This document shows positions 62,841-64,000 of a stretch of DNA of 64,000 bases, one piece after another (position 1 is the first letter of the stretch; each line of letters opens with the position of its first letter). The translations under genes were made by a program, and so were the position numbers. The DNA lies in assembly GCF_022045235.1 (NCBI RefSeq), contig NW_027266275.1, positions 52,514,001 through 52,578,000 on the forward strand, written 5' to 3'. Under the pieces are notes generated by a model that ran no database searches, was not told where the DNA came from, and saw nothing but the letters and a program-made list of their open reading frames with translations. This DNA comes from Haliotis cracherodii. Its lineage: Eukaryota.

Positions 62841-64000
62841 GTATTCTTCGTGTCTGAAGGAATTGCAAGGATGTCCCTGAAGTCTGAACTGTTATACCAG
62901 AGCAGGCAGTCAGAACATCAGTACATAAACAGAAATCACTGAGGCCTATCAGTTGCAGGTTTGTTTGATGTTTAGGGTGTTCACATTCACATCTCTGTCC
63001 AAACAATTTGGAGACGAACTCAATAGTCCACATTCAGAAATCACTTTTAAAGTAGAGCGATGACACCAGTACACACAATCTTATCTTGTTCTACATATAG
63101 CACCAGCATTCACCGAAGGAAAAGGTCACACCACTCTGTCAAGTCAATTGTGATTGTTTTGTTGCTATTGATATCATATGATGTCACTTGGCTGTATCAG
63201 AATGATAATAGTTCTTGTTGATAGAACATATCCTTGATAATAGATGACAAGGTACTTGTAGTCCTTATGTGACTCTTGATCTGTCAAGCTCTCACAGAGT
63301 CTGGAGGACTAGTCAAATGGGGCCTCTTCAACTGTCTTGTGTCTGTATTTGAGAAATGTTTTCAAATACATCGTAACCCATTCTGTGTGGTTATGCCTTA
63401 TTTGTTCTTGTTGTTCATTACAGAAAAGTTGTCAACAAACAAGCTATTAATTTCACAGTTCACTGAACTTGTTGAAGCAGAACCAATCACAGTAAGTTAT
63501 CATTAATCAGATATCAATACATGTGATAAAATCTTCAAATGCACGTTTGTATAATAATACAACATGCATTCATGCCATGATCAACCTCTTCAGAACTTCA
63601 TTGTATGCTTGTATGAAAGGTGTACTGAATTTTGTATGAACATCATACAGCAATGACAAATAACTATTATCAGCATTACACAGGTAGAATCAATAATACA
63701 CACATCTTTCATGTAACACATGATAAACAATTCAGGAATCAGGGTTACCATGTTTACTACCTCACATAATGTGTACTGTATAATTCATAAATCAATTGAT
63801 TTGCATTTATGATTATAAACATTATGGCCAAACATAATTAATTTCTGAAAAACTTCACCAAAGCAATAGAAAATACATTTCTGCACAACAGATACATGAG
63901 TACCCAATGTATGTTACAGTATCCATTGATAAGTGATTACTTGATTGCAGTAATATTTAGTGTGTAAACTTCGGTGGTACCAAAACCACATGCCTATTTG

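Noticed and set aside
55070-64000. RepHel (HUH-PIF1) ORF or a second Helentron 3' end
   Set aside because: Searched by eye and not found, so linkage of the RPA-like gene to the element remains inferred

Overview
Eukaryotic, repeat-rich animal genomic DNA (about 40% GC by eye, one 148-N gap). The SINE repertoire suggests a mollusc, possibly a gastropod such as abalone; that assignment is inference. Only one gene is clearly intact: an intronless orphan class A GPCR (46226-45255, minus). About half of the first 32 kb is minisatellite/satellite (units of 34, 38, 38/43, 40, 43 and 52 bp), and the many Cys/His-rich ORFs there are repeat artefacts. The rest is a transposon graveyard: three CR1/L2-type LINE relics, four SINE families sharing one 3' tail, an irritans-type mariner, an Academ-like element, Penelope-like relics (one with a U3-A8 hammerhead ribozyme motif), and Harbinger- and Tigger-like MITEs. 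The most interesting structure is a nested stack of Helentron-like elements (from 50360). It is followed by a three-exon, frameshifted RPA-like OB-fold/Zn-ribbon ssDNA-binding gene (55582-58822) that the ORF track shows only in pieces. A weaker lead is a decayed, spliced DBF4-like pseudogene at 15731-16730. No CRISPR array, rRNA or true tRNA gene was found.
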